From the sequence record NC_054912.1: a stretch of DNA of 64,000 bases; one strand, written 5' to 3'. The position numbers were made by a program, and so were the translations under genes. The notes below the pieces were generated by a model. It was not told where the DNA came from. It was given only the letters and a program-made list of their open reading frames with translations, and made no database searches. Shown one piece after another: positions 47,529 to 58,336 of the stretch. The stretch comes from Escherichia phage vB_EcoM_F1. Position 1 is the first letter of the stretch; each line of letters opens with the position of its first letter.

Positions 47529-47536
47529 TATAAATA
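47529..47536 (+). promoter_or_regulatory. late promoter TATAAATA for uvsW
   Basis: exact box 30 nt upstream of the ATG at 47566. Confidence 0.55.
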
Positions 47537-47565
47537 TAGATATATTTATTACATGGTATTTAGAC

Positions 47566-49077
47566 ATGACTGACATTAAAGTACATTTTTATGATTTTAG
47601 TCACGTGAGAATTGATTGTGAAGAAAGTACATTTCATGAACTCCGTGATTTCTTTAGCTTTGAAGCTGATGGGTATCGTTTTAATCCGAAGTACAGATAT
47701 GGCCACTGGGATGGACGAATCCGTCTGTTAGATTATAATCGTCTTCTTCCATTCGGCTTAGTCGGGCAAATTAAAAAGTTCTGTGATAACTTTGGCTATA
47801 AAGCTTGGATTGACCCGCAAATTAACGAAAAAGAAGAATTATCAAGAAAAGATTTCGATGAATGGCTTTCTAAATTAGAAATCTATTCAGGAAATAAAAG
47901 AATTGAACCGCACTGGTATCAAAAAGATGCAGTGTTCGAAGGATTAGTTAATCGTCGTAGAATTCTTAATCTTCCAACATCCGCTGGTAAATCGTTAATT
48001 CAAGCTTTGCTTGCGCGATATTATTTGGAAAATTATGAAGGTAAAATTCTTATCATTGTTCCAACAACGGCTCTGACAACTCAGATGGCTGATGACTTCG
48101 TTGACTATCGTTTATTCAGTCATGCAATGATAAAGAAAATTGGTGGCGGAGCATCAAAAGATGATAAATATAAAAATGATGCACCAGTCGTTGTTGGTAC
48201 ATGGCAAACTGTAGTTAAACAACCGAAAGAATGGTTCTCACAGTTTGGAATGATGATGAATGATGAATGCCATCTTGCTACAGGAAAAAGTATTTCATCC
48301 ATCATATCAGGTTTAAATAACTGCATGTTCAAATTCGGTTTGTCTGGTTCATTACGTGATGGCAAAGCCAATATCATGCAGTATGTTGGAATGTTTGGTG
48401 AAATATTTAAGCCAGTAACGACTTCTAAATTAATGGAAGATGGACAAGTAACTGAGCTAAAAATTAATAGTATTTTTCTTCGCTATCCCGATGAGTTCAC
48501 TACTAAATTAAAGGGAAAAACTTATCAAGAAGAAATAAAAATTATTACTGGGCTCAGTAAAAGAAATAAATGGATCGCTAAATTAGCTATTAAGCTTGCA
48601 CAAAAAGATGAAAACGCTTTTGTCATGTTTAAACATGTATCGCACGGTAAAGCTATTTTCGATTTAATTAAAAATGAATACGATAAAGTTTATTACGTAT
48701 CAGGGGAAGTTGATACCGAAACCCGCAATATAATGAAAACCTTAGCTGAAAATGGTAAAGGAATAATTATAGTAGCGAGTTATGGTGTATTTTCTACTGG
48801 TATTTCAGTTAAAAATCTGCATCATGTTGTTTTAGCGCACGGCGTTAAATCAAAAATCATTGTATTACAAACAATCGGTCGTGTATTACGTAAGCATGGT
48901 TCTAAAACAATCGCAACTGTCTGGGACCTCATAGATGATTGCGGTGTTAAGCCAAAATCTGCTAATACTAAAAAGAAATATGTTCATTTGAACTATCTTT
49001 TAAAACACGGCATTGATCGTATTCAGCGCTACGCAGATGAAAAATTTAATTACGTAATGAAAACAGTTAATTTATAA
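47566..49077 (+). CDS. uvsW: UvsW DNA helicase
   Basis: 503 aa; begins MTDIKVHFYDFSHVRIDCEE; helicase motifs PTSAGKS and DECH. Confidence 0.92.
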   Translation: MTDIKVHFYDFSHVRIDCEESTFHELRDFFSFEADGYRFNPKYRYGHWDGRIRLLDYNRLLPFGLVGQIKKFCDNFGYKAWIDPQINEKEELSRKDFDEWLSKLEIYSGNKRIEPHWYQKDAVFEGLVNRRRILNLPTSAGKSLIQALLARYYLENYEGKILIIVPTTALTTQMADDFVDYRLFSHAMIKKIGGGASKDDKYKNDAPVVVGTWQTVVKQPKEWFSQFGMMMNDECHLATGKSISSIISGLNNCMFKFGLSGSLRDGKANIMQYVGMFGEIFKPVTTSKLMEDGQVTELKINSIFLRYPDEFTTKLKGKTYQEEIKIITGLSKRNKWIAKLAIKLAQKDENAFVMFKHVSHGKAIFDLIKNEYDKVYYVSGEVDTETRNIMKTLAENGKGIIIVASYGVFSTGISVKNLHHVVLAHGVKSKIIVLQTIGRVLRKHGSKTIATVWDLIDDCGVKPKSANTKKKYVHLNYLLKHGIDRIQRYADEKFNYVMKTVNL

Positions 49078-49089
49078 GGGCTTCGGCCC
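49078..49089 (+). other. UUCG-tetraloop stem-loop (gggc-ttcg-gccc) between uvsW and uvsW.1
   Basis: inverted repeat directly after the uvsW stop. Confidence 0.45.
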
Positions 49090-49102
49090 TTTGGAGAAAA
49101 AG

Positions 49103-49333
49103 ATGTTACTAGAATTTAAACAATTTCTTTATGAAGCTTCTATTGATGAATTTATGGGTAAAATTGCCTCTTGTCAAACATTAGAAGGTTTAGAAGAACT
49201 TGAAGCTTATTATAAGAAAAGAGTCAAAGAAACTGAATTAAAAGATACTGATGACATCTCTGTGAGAGATGCTTTGGCAGGAAAAAGAGCTGAATTAGAA
49301 GATTCAGACGATGAAGTAGAAGAAAGTTTTTAA
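49103..49333 (+). CDS. uvsW.1: small acidic protein UvsW.1
   Basis: ATG at 49103 with GGAGA RBS, 76 aa; track ORF began at upstream TTG. Confidence 0.7.
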   Translation: MLLEFKQFLYEASIDEFMGKIASCQTLEGLEELEAYYKKRVKETELKDTDDISVRDALAGKRAELEDSDDEVEESF

Positions 49334-49388
49334 ATTAAAAAAGGCCCAACCAAAAAGGAAGGGCCAAAACTATAGACTAAAGGTCACA

Positions 49389-49556
49389 CTATAGCAAAAG
49401 TTGTGTTTCATTTAATTGTTCTTCCGAACTTTCTGAAACTGGTAGTTCTTTAATGTAATTATAGCAAGGCCCAGGATGTACAGGACCTTTGTCTGTTTCA
49501 ACAACCAATGCAGAATCGATTGGAGTTTTACAGACAACACAAATCTTATCTGACAT
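49389..49556 (-). CDS. small Cys-containing ORF (55 aa), not in the ORF track
   Basis: manual translation MSDKICVVCKTPIDSALVVETDKGPVHPGPCYNYIKELPVSESSEEQLNETQLLL; fills an otherwise non-coding gap. Confidence 0.35.
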   Translation of the reverse strand: MSDKICVVCKTPIDSALVVETDKGPVHPGPCYNYIKELPVSESSEEQLNETQLLL

Positions 49557-49584
49557 GATTGTCTCCTCTGAATTATATATCTAT

Positions 49585-49809
49585 TTATACAACTCTCATA
49601 TGCATATCAATGCCCATATCTTTAGAATAAAAATATTCATCAAGATATCCGGCAAATTTTCCTTTAATATAAAGAACATCTTCACCGCACGGGTGGTCGG
49701 CCAGAATACGAATATCCTGACGCTTAAGATTATGCTTTTTCATTAAGAATTGAATTTCCGTTTCAAATTCTTCTTCATAATTAAAAGCATCATCAATGCT
49801 ATATCTCAT
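49585..49809 (-). CDS. hypothetical protein downstream of uvsY (uvsY.-1 position)
   Basis: 74 aa ORF, ATG overlapping the uvsY stop. Confidence 0.6.
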   Translation of the reverse strand: MRYSIDDAFNYEEEFETEIQFLMKKHNLKRQDIRILADHPCGEDVLYIKGKFAGYLDEYFYSKDMGIDMHMRVV

Positions 49810-50222
49810 TATTTTCCAGCCTCAAATGCTCGCATGTCTTGAATATGCTTAATAGCAAATCCACGTGATTTAATAGCATCAAGAGCTCCGCTACAGAAAT
49901 CCAATAAAATCCCCCAATACTGTAACGAGGTATCAACCTTTAAAACATCCTTATCAGCTGATAGAACTGTCTTCATTTCTGATTTCTCGTAACGATCCAT
50001 ACTAAATTCATCACCATCTCCTCGTCCCGAGTAGTAGTCTAATCTAGCTTTAAGAGCAACTTTTTTCTGTGCGTCAATTCTAAGCATTTCCTTTTTAATA
50101 CTTGAATGCTTATTAAGCCATTTACTATATAACATCACATTATTAGCTGCTTCATACTGTAATTTAGTCGAATCTATAAACACATCTTTCTTCAATTCTT
50201 CTTGAAGATCTTCTAATCTCAT
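49809..50222 (-). CDS. uvsY: UvsY recombination mediator
   Basis: 137 aa, begins MRLEDLQEELKKDVFIDSTKLQYEAANN. Confidence 0.92.
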   Translation of the reverse strand: MRLEDLQEELKKDVFIDSTKLQYEAANNVMLYSKWLNKHSSIKKEMLRIDAQKKVALKARLDYYSGRGDGDEFSMDRYEKSEMKTVLSADKDVLKVDTSLQYWGILLDFCSGALDAIKSRGFAIKHIQDMRAFEAGK

Positions 50223-50262
50223 ATTGTTCTCTATTCAATTGTTATTGGATGGACTTAGATTC

Positions 50263-50291
50263 ATTATACCACGTTTATACGTGAAGCATTA
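50263..50291 (-). promoter_or_regulatory. middle-type promoter (MotA box TGCTTCA plus -10 TATAAT) upstream of uvsY; oriF-equivalent position
   Basis: minus-strand taaTGCTTCA at 50282-50291, 13 nt spacer, TATAAT 50268-50263. Confidence 0.45.
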
Positions 50292-50687
50292 TACTCTATT
50301 ACTGGAAGCAAGTTGCAGTTTTATCTGCTCAATATCATCGGGGTTATCGATGACCGAAAAGCGTATTTCTACTATCAGAGTATAATCATCATAAACGGGT
50401 ATCACATTAACTGATAATTTATCAATACGTGGCTCATAGTTTCTTACTGCGCTTTCGATATTGCGCTCAACTGTGTCAGCAGTAAGAGGAGTCATATTTT
50501 CAAAAAGCTGGTCTGATAAATCACATCCAAATTCAGGGTCAAACGGTCTTGAACCTTTTCTTGTTGTAATAATTCCCAAAAGACTGTTTTTAATTGACCT
50601 TAATCCAAGTGATCTGGAAACATCTTTGTTCCAATCCATTTTCATTTCCGGGTCAATATCAGAATAAAGCTTATTAATATTTGCCAT
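50289..50687 (-). CDS. 25: baseplate wedge protein gp25
   Basis: 132 aa, T4 size and order. Confidence 0.9.
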   Translation of the reverse strand: MANINKLYSDIDPEMKMDWNKDVSRSLGLRSIKNSLLGIITTRKGSRPFDPEFGCDLSDQLFENMTPLTADTVERNIESAVRNYEPRIDKLSVNVIPVYDDYTLIVEIRFSVIDNPDDIEQIKLQLASSNRV

Positions 50688-51313
50688 TATAGTAACTCAA
50701 AGAACTCTTTGAGGCCTCTTATTACATGAGCATGGGTTTTTCCACACTCTGGACACTTAATTGGAACAGCCAAATAAACGGTAGGTTTTAAAAGCATATC
50801 TTTTATAGCTACAATATCTGACTCTGTGATGATAGAATATAAATCTTCTAGTTCCTTTTCATTTAAGTCTTCAACTGGAATGCTTTCCCCGTTAGCATGA
50901 ATCGTTTCTATGCATGATACTATCATGTGGGCTATATTTTTATCATCAAAAATTTTAGGGTATCGGAATTTAATTTTAATGTCACCCAGTGTATACCAGA
51001 GGTCTTCTGGTGCATCTATTTGTGTATGTAATAGATTTATATGGGTTGGTATTTCAGTTCCACAGGTGCACTTCCAGGAGTTTTCGTGATTAACTTCGCC
51101 GAGAGAATGTGCCCATAAATGAATCAGCAGTAGTTCTGATTCTTGGCGGTTTAAATCTTTTGCATTTGTGCAGTCTTTGATTAGCTTTTTAACAATTACT
51201 TCTACAGAACCATTATTTTTGGCAGTAATAAGTTCTAGATATTCTTTAAGCGTGAATGCGCGACAATTGATTATTTTAGAACCAACTCTCACATCAAATT
51301 TGTATTCATACAT
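50687..51313 (-). CDS. 26: baseplate hub protein gp26
   Basis: 208 aa, T4 size and order. Confidence 0.85.
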   Translation of the reverse strand: MYEYKFDVRVGSKIINCRAFTLKEYLELITAKNNGSVEVIVKKLIKDCTNAKDLNRQESELLLIHLWAHSLGEVNHENSWKCTCGTEIPTHINLLHTQIDAPEDLWYTLGDIKIKFRYPKIFDDKNIAHMIVSCIETIHANGESIPVEDLNEKELEDLYSIITESDIVAIKDMLLKPTVYLAVPIKCPECGKTHAHVIRGLKEFFELL

Positions 51314-51334
51314 ATTTAGCTCCTTTATTTATCA

Positions 51335-51346
51335 TATTTATAAATA
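51335..51346. promoter_or_regulatory. overlapping divergent late promoter boxes (TATTTATAAATA) for genes 26 and 51
   Basis: TATAAATA readable on both strands, 51335-51342 (minus) and 51339-51346 (plus). Confidence 0.6.
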
Positions 51347-51363
51347 GAATAAAAGGAGCATCT

Positions 51364-52113
51364 ATGGCAAACATTATTCGTTGTAAATTACCAGATGGTG
51401 TTCATCGTTTTAAACCATTTACGGTAGAAGATTATCGAGATTTTTTGTTAGTTCGAAACGATATAGAACATCGGTCACCACAAGAACAAAAAGAAATAAT
51501 TACTGATTTAATTGATGATTATTTTGGAGACTATCCGAAGACTTGGCAACCATTTATATTTTTGCAGGTATTTGTAGGGTCGATAGGTAAAACTAAAGTA
51601 CCGGTCACATTTGTATGTCCAAAATGTAAAAAAGAAAAGACAGTTCCATTTGAAATATATCAAAAAGAATTAAAGGAACCTGTTTTTGATGTAGCTAATG
51701 TTAAAATTAAATTAAAGTTTCCTTCTGAGTTTTATGAAAATAAAGCAAAGATGATTACTGAAAATATTCATTCTGTTCAAGTAGATGAAATTTGGTATGA
51801 TTGGAAGGAAATTAGCGAGTCCAGTCAAATAGAACTAGTTGACGCCATCGAGATAGAAACACTAGAAAAAATTCTCGATGCAATGAATCCTATTAATTTA
51901 ACTCTACATATGTCATGCTGTAATAAGTACATTAAAAAATACACTGATATAGTAGACGTGTTTAAGCTATTAGTTAACCCAGATGAGATATTTACTTTTT
52001 ATCAAATTAATCACACACTCGTAAAAAGTAATTATAGCTTAAATTCAATAATGAAAATGATTCCTGCTGAGCGCGGATTCGTATTAAAACTGATTGAGAA
52101 GGATAAACAATAA
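51364..52113 (+). CDS. 51: baseplate hub assembly protein gp51
   Basis: 249 aa, T4 size and order. Confidence 0.88.
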   Translation: MANIIRCKLPDGVHRFKPFTVEDYRDFLLVRNDIEHRSPQEQKEIITDLIDDYFGDYPKTWQPFIFLQVFVGSIGKTKVPVTFVCPKCKKEKTVPFEIYQKELKEPVFDVANVKIKLKFPSEFYENKAKMITENIHSVQVDEIWYDWKEISESSQIELVDAIEIETLEKILDAMNPINLTLHMSCCNKYIKKYTDIVDVFKLLVNPDEIFTFYQINHTLVKSNYSLNSIMKMIPAERGFVLKLIEKDKQ

Positions 52114-53288
52114 TGAGTATGTTGCAACGCCCCGGATATCCAAATCTCAGCGTTAAATTATTTGATAGCTACGACGCTTGGAGTAATAATAGATTTGTTG
52201 AATTAGCTGCTACTATTACAACATTAACTATGCGGGATTCTCTTTATGGCCGAAATGAAGGAATGCTGCAGTTTTATGATTCTAAAAACATCCATACAAA
52301 AATGGATGGAAATGAAATAATTCAGATTTCTGTAGCTAATGCAAATGATATTAATAATGTTAAAACACGAATTTATGGATGTAAGCATTTTTCCGTGTCA
52401 GTAGATTCAAAAGGTGATAACATCATTGCTATTGAATTGGGAACTATTCATTCTATAGAAAATCTTAAATTTGGTAGACCATTTTTCCCTGATGCAGGTG
52501 AATCTATAAAAGAAATGCTTGGCGTCATTTATCAAGACCGTACATTATTAACTCCAGCGATAAATGCTATAAATGCTTATGTTCCTGATATTCCATGGAC
52601 TAGCACATTTGAAAACTATTTGTCATATGTAAGAGAAGTTGCTCTAGCTGTAGGAAGCGACAAATTTGTATTTGTATGGCAAGACATCATGGGAGTTAAC
52701 ATGATGGACTATGATATGATGATAAATCAAGAACCATATCCAATGATTGTCGGCGAGCCATCTTTAATAGGTCAATTCATCCAAGAATTAAAATATCCAT
52801 TAGCATATGATTTTGTTTGGTTGACTAAATCGAATCCTCACAAACGTGACCCAATGAAAAATGCTACTATCTATGCTCATTCATTTTTAGATTCTTCATT
52901 GCCAATGATTACTACAGGAAAGGGCGAAAACTCTATTGTAGTGTCAAGGTCAGGTGCTTATTCTGAAATGACTTATAGGAATGGATATGAAGAAGCTATT
53001 CGTCTTCAAACTATGGCACAATATGACGGTTATGCTAAATGTTCTACTGTCGGTAATTTTAACTTGACTCCTGGCGTTAAAATTATTTTTAATGATAGTA
53101 AAAACCAATTTAAAACAGAATTTTACGTTGATGAAGTTATCCATGAATTATCCAATAATAATTCAGTAACTCATCTATATATGTTCACTAATGCAACGAA
53201 ACTGGAAACAATAGACCCAGTTAAGGTTAAAAATGAATTTAAATCTGATACTACCACTGAAGAAAGTAGTTCTTCCAATAAGCAATAA
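52113..53288 (+). CDS. 27: baseplate hub protein gp27
   Basis: 391 aa, T4 size and order. Confidence 0.9.
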   Translation: MSMLQRPGYPNLSVKLFDSYDAWSNNRFVELAATITTLTMRDSLYGRNEGMLQFYDSKNIHTKMDGNEIIQISVANANDINNVKTRIYGCKHFSVSVDSKGDNIIAIELGTIHSIENLKFGRPFFPDAGESIKEMLGVIYQDRTLLTPAINAINAYVPDIPWTSTFENYLSYVREVALAVGSDKFVFVWQDIMGVNMMDYDMMINQEPYPMIVGEPSLIGQFIQELKYPLAYDFVWLTKSNPHKRDPMKNATIYAHSFLDSSLPMITTGKGENSIVVSRSGAYSEMTYRNGYEEAIRLQTMAQYDGYAKCSTVGNFNLTPGVKIIFNDSKNQFKTEFYVDEVIHELSNNNSVTHLYMFTNATKLETIDPVKVKNEFKSDTTTEESSSSNKQ

Positions 53289-53766
53289 AGAAGTTTCTAT
53301 TCCTAAAATGGGTCTTAAACATTATAACATTTTAAAAGATGTTAAAGGTCCTGATGAAAATTTAAAACTTCTTATTGATTCTATTTGTCCGAATTTATCA
53401 CCGGCAGAAGTTGATTTCGTTTCTATTCATTTATTGGAATTTAATGGAAAGATTAAATCTCGTAAAGAAATAGATGGCTATACTTATGACATTAATGATG
53501 TTTATGTGTGCCAAAGATTAGAATTTCAATACCAAGGAAATACATTTTATTTTAGACCTCCTGGAAAATTTGAACAATTTTTAACGGTGAGCGATATGTT
53601 ATCTAAATGCTTGCTTAAGGTCAATGATGAAGTTAAAGAAATTAATTTTCTTGAGATGCCAGCATTCGTTTTAAAATGGGCAAATGATATTTTTACAACT
53701 TTAGCAATTCCTGGCCCTAATGGTCCAATAACTGGAATTGGCAATATTATTGGATTATTTGAATGA
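53233..53766 (+). CDS. 28: baseplate hub distal subunit gp28
   Basis: 177 aa, ATG start, overlaps the gene 27 3' end. Confidence 0.85.
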   Translation: MNLNLILPLKKVVLPISNKEVSIPKMGLKHYNILKDVKGPDENLKLLIDSICPNLSPAEVDFVSIHLLEFNGKIKSRKEIDGYTYDINDVYVCQRLEFQYQGNTFYFRPPGKFEQFLTVSDMLSKCLLKVNDEVKEINFLEMPAFVLKWANDIFTTLAIPGPNGPITGIGNIIGLFE

Positions 53767-55535
53767 AAAAGCCACAAGAAATGCAAACGATGCGTAGAAA
53801 AGTTATTTCAGATAATAAACCAACACAGGAAGCGGCTAAATCCGCTTCTAATACTTTATCTGGACTTAATGATATATCTACGAAATTGGATGATGCTCAA
53901 GCTGCTTCTGAATTAATAGCTCAAACTGTCGAAGAAAAATCGAATGAAATAATTGGAGCAATTGATAACGTAGAAAGCGCAGTGAGTGATACTACTGCCG
54001 GTTCTGAGTTAATTGCTGAAACTGTCGAAATTGGCAACAATATTAATAAAGAAATTGGTGAATCACTCGGAAGCAAATTAGATAAATTAACGAGTTTATT
54101 AGAACAAAAAATTCAGACAGCTGGAATTCAACAGACTGGGACTAGTTTAGCCACAGTTGAAAGCGCTATTCCTGTTAAAGTCGTTGAGGATGATACTGCT
54201 GAATCTGTGGGTCCTTTATTACCAGCTCCCGAAGCAGTTAATAATGATCCTGACGCTGATTTTTTCCCTACCCCTCAACCAGTTGAACCCAAACAAGAAT
54301 CACCAGAAGAAAAACAGAAAAAAGAAGCATTTAACTTAAAATTATCTCAAGCTTTAGATAAATTAACAAAGACAGTTGATTTTGGATTTAAGAAATCCAT
54401 TTCAATTACTGATAAAATATCAAGCATGCTATTTAAGTACACCGTCAGTGCTGCTATTGAAGCTGCTAAAATGACTGCAATGATATTGGCTGTTGTTGTT
54501 GGAATAGACCTGTTGATGGTTCACTTTAAATATTGGTCAGATAAATTTTCGCAGGCTTGGGATTTGTTTAGTACAGACTTTACTAAATTCTCTAGCGAAA
54601 CCGGAACATGGGGTCCTTTATTACAGAGCATCTTTAGTTCTATTGATGAAATTAAAAAGTTCTGGGAAGCGGGAGATTGGGGTGGATTAACAGTAGCTAT
54701 TGTTGAAGGGCTTGGAAAGGTTCTTTTTAATTTAGGTGAACTTATTCAGCTTGGAATGGCTAAATTATCTGCTGCAATTCTTCGAGTCATTCCTGGCATG
54801 AAGGATACTGCTGATGAAGTAGAAGGAAGAGCACTAGAAAATTTCCAAAATTCTACTGGAGCATCTCTCAATAAAGAAGACCAGGAAAAAGTTGCAAATT
54901 ATCAAGATAAACGAATGAATGGAGACCTTGGTCCGATAGCAAAAGGATTAGATAAAATTGCTAATTGGAAAACTCGTGCATCTAATTGGATTCGTGGGGT
55001 TGATAATAAAGAAGCACTGACTACCGACGAAGAACGTGCAGCAGAAGAAGAAAAATTAAAGCAACTTTCACCTGAAGAAAGAAAAAATGCTTTAATGAAG
55101 GCTAATGAAGCCCGTGCCGCAATGATTCGCTTTGAAAAATATGCTGATTCAGCTGATATGAGTAAAGACTCAACGGTTAAATCAGTTGAATCTGCCTATG
55201 AAGACCTTAAAAAACGGATGGATGACCCGGATTTAAACAATTCACCGGCAGTTAAAAAAGAACTTGCTGCTAGATTTTCTAAAATTGATGCTACTTATCA
55301 AGAGCTCAAGAAAAATCAGCCTAATGCCAAACCTGAAACTTCTGCTAAATCGCCAGAAGCGAAACAGGTCCAGGTTATTGAAAAGAACAAAGCACAGCAA
55401 GCTCCTGTTCAGCAAGCATCTCCTTCAATCAATAATACTAATAATGTTATTAAGAAAAATACTGTCGTTCATAATATGACACCTGTCACAAGCACAACTG
55501 CTCCTGGTGTATTTGATGCGACTGGAGTTAATTAA
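53763..55535 (+). CDS. 29: tail length tape-measure / baseplate hub protein gp29
   Basis: 590 aa, T4 size and order. Confidence 0.9.
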   Translation: MKKPQEMQTMRRKVISDNKPTQEAAKSASNTLSGLNDISTKLDDAQAASELIAQTVEEKSNEIIGAIDNVESAVSDTTAGSELIAETVEIGNNINKEIGESLGSKLDKLTSLLEQKIQTAGIQQTGTSLATVESAIPVKVVEDDTAESVGPLLPAPEAVNNDPDADFFPTPQPVEPKQESPEEKQKKEAFNLKLSQALDKLTKTVDFGFKKSISITDKISSMLFKYTVSAAIEAAKMTAMILAVVVGIDLLMVHFKYWSDKFSQAWDLFSTDFTKFSSETGTWGPLLQSIFSSIDEIKKFWEAGDWGGLTVAIVEGLGKVLFNLGELIQLGMAKLSAAILRVIPGMKDTADEVEGRALENFQNSTGASLNKEDQEKVANYQDKRMNGDLGPIAKGLDKIANWKTRASNWIRGVDNKEALTTDEERAAEEEKLKQLSPEERKNALMKANEARAAMIRFEKYADSADMSKDSTVKSVESAYEDLKKRMDDPDLNNSPAVKKELAARFSKIDATYQELKKNQPNAKPETSAKSPEAKQVQVIEKNKAQQAPVQQASPSINNTNNVIKKNTVVHNMTPVTSTTAPGVFDATGVN

Positions 55536-55543
55536 GGAATAAT

Positions 55544-56638
55544 ATGGCAATTGTTAAAGAAATAACTACTGATTTAATTAAAAAGTCCGGTGAGAAAATT
55601 TCAGCCGGACAGAGCACTAAATCAGAAGTAGTAACTAAAACATACACTGCCCAGTTTCCAACTGGGCGTGCTAGTGGTAATGACACTACAGGGGACTTCC
55701 AGGTAACAGATCTATATAAGAATGGATTATTATTTACTGCATACAATATGTCATCTAGGGATTCTGGAAGTCTTAGATCGATGAGATCTAACTACTCTTC
55801 TGCGTCTTCGGGTATTTTGAGTACAGCTAAAAACACTATTAGTAGTACAGTATCAAAACTATCAAATGGATTAATATCAAATAATAATTCAGGAACAATA
55901 AGTAAAGCTCCTGTCGCAAACATTCTTTTACCGAGATCTAAATCTGATGTTGATACATCAACACATAGATTTAATGATGTTCAAGAAAGCCTTATCAGTA
56001 GAGGCGGAGGTACTGCTACTGGTGTGCTAAGTAATATTGCTTCAACCGCAGTATTTGGGGCACTGGAAAGTATAACACAAGGTATAATGGCTGATAATAA
56101 TGAACAGATTTATACGACAGCCAGAAGTATGTATGGTGGTGCTGAAAATAGAACTAAAGTGTTTACATGGGATTTGACTCCACGTTCAACAGAAGATTTA
56201 ATGGCTATTATTAATATCTATCAATATTTTAACTATCTTTCTTATGGTGAAACAGGTAAATCTCAATACGCTGCTGAAATAAAGGGGTATTTAGATGATT
56301 GGTATCGTTCTACGTTAATTGAACCTTTATCTCCGGAAGACGCAGCTAAAAATAAAACATTATTTGAGAAAATGACAGCAAGTTTAACGAACGTTCTTGT
56401 AGTTTCAAACCCGACAGTTTGGATGGTGAAAAACTTTGGTGCAACATCTAAGTTTGATGGAAAAACGGAAATATTTGGTCCATGCCAAATACAGAGCATT
56501 AGATTTGATAAAACACCTAATGGTAACTTTAACGGATTAGCTATTGCTCCAAACCTCCCTAGTACATTTACTCTCGAGATTACTATGAGAGAAATTATCA
56601 CGTTAAACCGTGCTTCTTTATATGCGGGGACTTTTTAA
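55544..56638 (+). CDS. 48: baseplate tail-tube junction protein gp48
   Basis: 364 aa, T4 size and order. Confidence 0.9.
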   Translation: MAIVKEITTDLIKKSGEKISAGQSTKSEVVTKTYTAQFPTGRASGNDTTGDFQVTDLYKNGLLFTAYNMSSRDSGSLRSMRSNYSSASSGILSTAKNTISSTVSKLSNGLISNNNSGTISKAPVANILLPRSKSDVDTSTHRFNDVQESLISRGGGTATGVLSNIASTAVFGALESITQGIMADNNEQIYTTARSMYGGAENRTKVFTWDLTPRSTEDLMAIINIYQYFNYLSYGETGKSQYAAEIKGYLDDWYRSTLIEPLSPEDAAKNKTLFEKMTASLTNVLVVSNPTVWMVKNFGATSKFDGKTEIFGPCQIQSIRFDKTPNGNFNGLAIAPNLPSTFTLEITMREIITLNRASLYAGTF

Positions 56639-57561
56639 TGTATTCTTTAGAGGAATTTAATAATCAAGCAATAAACGCAGATTTCCAACGTAATAATATG
56701 TTTAGCTGCGTTTTTGCAACAACTCCATCAACTAAAAGCTCTTCGTTGATAAGTTCAATTAGCAACTTTTCTTATAATAACTTGGGCCTAAATTCAAATT
56801 GGTTAGGATTAACTCAAGGTGATATTAATCAGGGAATTACCACGCTAATTACAGCTGGCACACAAAAACTGATAAGAAAATCAGGGGTTAGTAAATATCT
56901 TATTGGTGCCATGAGTCAACGTACTGTCCAGAGTTTATTAGGCTCATTTACAGTTGGTACATATTTAATTGACTTCTTTAACATGGCATATAACTCATCT
57001 GGATTGATGATATACTCTGTAAAAATGCCAGAGAATAGATTATCCTATGAAACTGACTGGAACTATAATTCTCCTAATATTCGTATAACTGGGAGAGAAT
57101 TAGACCCTTTGGTTATTTCATTTAGAATGGATTCAGAAGCTTGTAACTATCGTGCAATGCAAGACTGGGTTAACTCCGTTCAAGACCCAGTAACTGGATT
57201 ACGTGCTTTGCCACAAGATGTCGAGGCAGATATTCAGGTTAATCTTCATTCTCGTAATGGATTGCCTCATACTGCGGTGATGTTCACCGGATGCATTCCA
57301 ATATCAGTGAGCGCTCCTGAGTTATCATATGATGGAGATAACCAAATAACTACATTTGATGTTACTTTTGCGTATAGAGTGATGCAGGCTGGAGCAGTTG
57401 ATAGGCAAGCTGCGCTTGAATGGCTTGAATCTGCTGCTATAAATGGTATTCAAAGCGTTCTCGGAAATAGTGGAGGTGTTACTGGACTATCTAATTCGCT
57501 TTCACGACTTAGTAGACTAGGAGGAACCTCAGGAAGCATTTCAAATATTAGTATACTATGA
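56638..57561 (+). CDS. 54: baseplate tail-tube initiator gp54
   Basis: 307 aa, order after gp48. Confidence 0.88.
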   Translation: MYSLEEFNNQAINADFQRNNMFSCVFATTPSTKSSSLISSISNFSYNNLGLNSNWLGLTQGDINQGITTLITAGTQKLIRKSGVSKYLIGAMSQRTVQSLLGSFTVGTYLIDFFNMAYNSSGLMIYSVKMPENRLSYETDWNYNSPNIRITGRELDPLVISFRMDSEACNYRAMQDWVNSVQDPVTGLRALPQDVEADIQVNLHSRNGLPHTAVMFTGCIPISVSAPELSYDGDNQITTFDVTFAYRVMQAGAVDRQAALEWLESAAINGIQSVLGNSGGVTGLSNSLSRLSRLGGTSGSISNISIL

Positions 57562-57609
57562 CAGGGATTGTCAATTCGCAGAGTAAAATATTAGGAGCAA
57601 TATAACAAT

Positions 57610-57640
57610 GGGGACCTTTCGGTCCCCATATTTTTATTTA
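57610..57640. terminator. bidirectional terminator hairpin (ggggacc-tttc-ggtcccc) after gene 54
   Basis: hairpin 57610-57627 followed by ATATTTTTATTT; convergent gene ends. Confidence 0.65.
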
Positions 57641-57924
57641 CGGAATGAAATGAAAGCAGAAACTGAAGCAACTAAACTGTCTTCAATATAAACTTCAATT
57701 TTTACCGGAGCTTCTGACTCAAATTTACCTGTTACTACACCCTGAAAAATACTTTCAGTCTGTTCTGGCTTTGAAAAATTTTCAGAAGGAAAAATTCCAA
57801 ACTTTTTATCTGTTCCGAAAATTTTGATAAATTCATCATAAACTGCTTCATTAAAAGCATTATCAGCAGGAATAACGCCTTCAACTACAAGTTCTTGACC
57901 TAAAAAGCGTAAAGAAGATTTCAT
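57634..57924 (-). CDS. hypothetical protein downstream of alt
   Basis: 96 aa ORF, ATG start. Confidence 0.55.
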   Translation of the reverse strand: MKSSLRFLGQELVVEGVIPADNAFNEAVYDEFIKIFGTDKKFGIFPSENFSKPEQTESIFQGVVTGKFESEAPVKIEVYIEDSLVASVSAFISFRK

Positions 57925-57956
57925 TTTGTGTTCCTCATGTTATGTCAGTAAGACTA

Positions 57957-58336
57957 CTATAACACAACACGAGGGACTTGTAAACTACATTTTGAACTTT
58001 TTAGTACGCGTAATAGGCATGCGTCGATTTTATACTGTTTCATTGTTTGAAGAGCAGTATCAAAAACAGCATTAATGACACCAATTGGATTTCCACCCAA
58101 CTTAACTAATGATAGTTTCTCATTAACACCTATCATTACGATATGCATCATTTTGTCGCCTGGTTTAACGTTTTATTTGTATCACCGCCAGAGGTGTATG
58201 TACAAAATCTAAATCCAGGAAGCACGCTTTCTTCGCCGGCTTGAATAGCAAAAATTTGTGGTATTTTATGCTTAGGATTTAAGTTAACAACCGGCGCCGA
58301 AGCGCCGTCAAATAATTATGTAATAAGTTCCATGAT
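57957..58336 (-). pseudogene. degenerate tandem copy of the alt 5' region (premature stop and frame disruption)
   Basis: nucleotide alignment to 60000-60388; reads ATG GAA CTT ATT ACA TAA against alt ATG ATG GAA CTA ATT ACA GAA; the 64 aa track ORF aligns to alt residues about 55-115. Confidence 0.7.
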
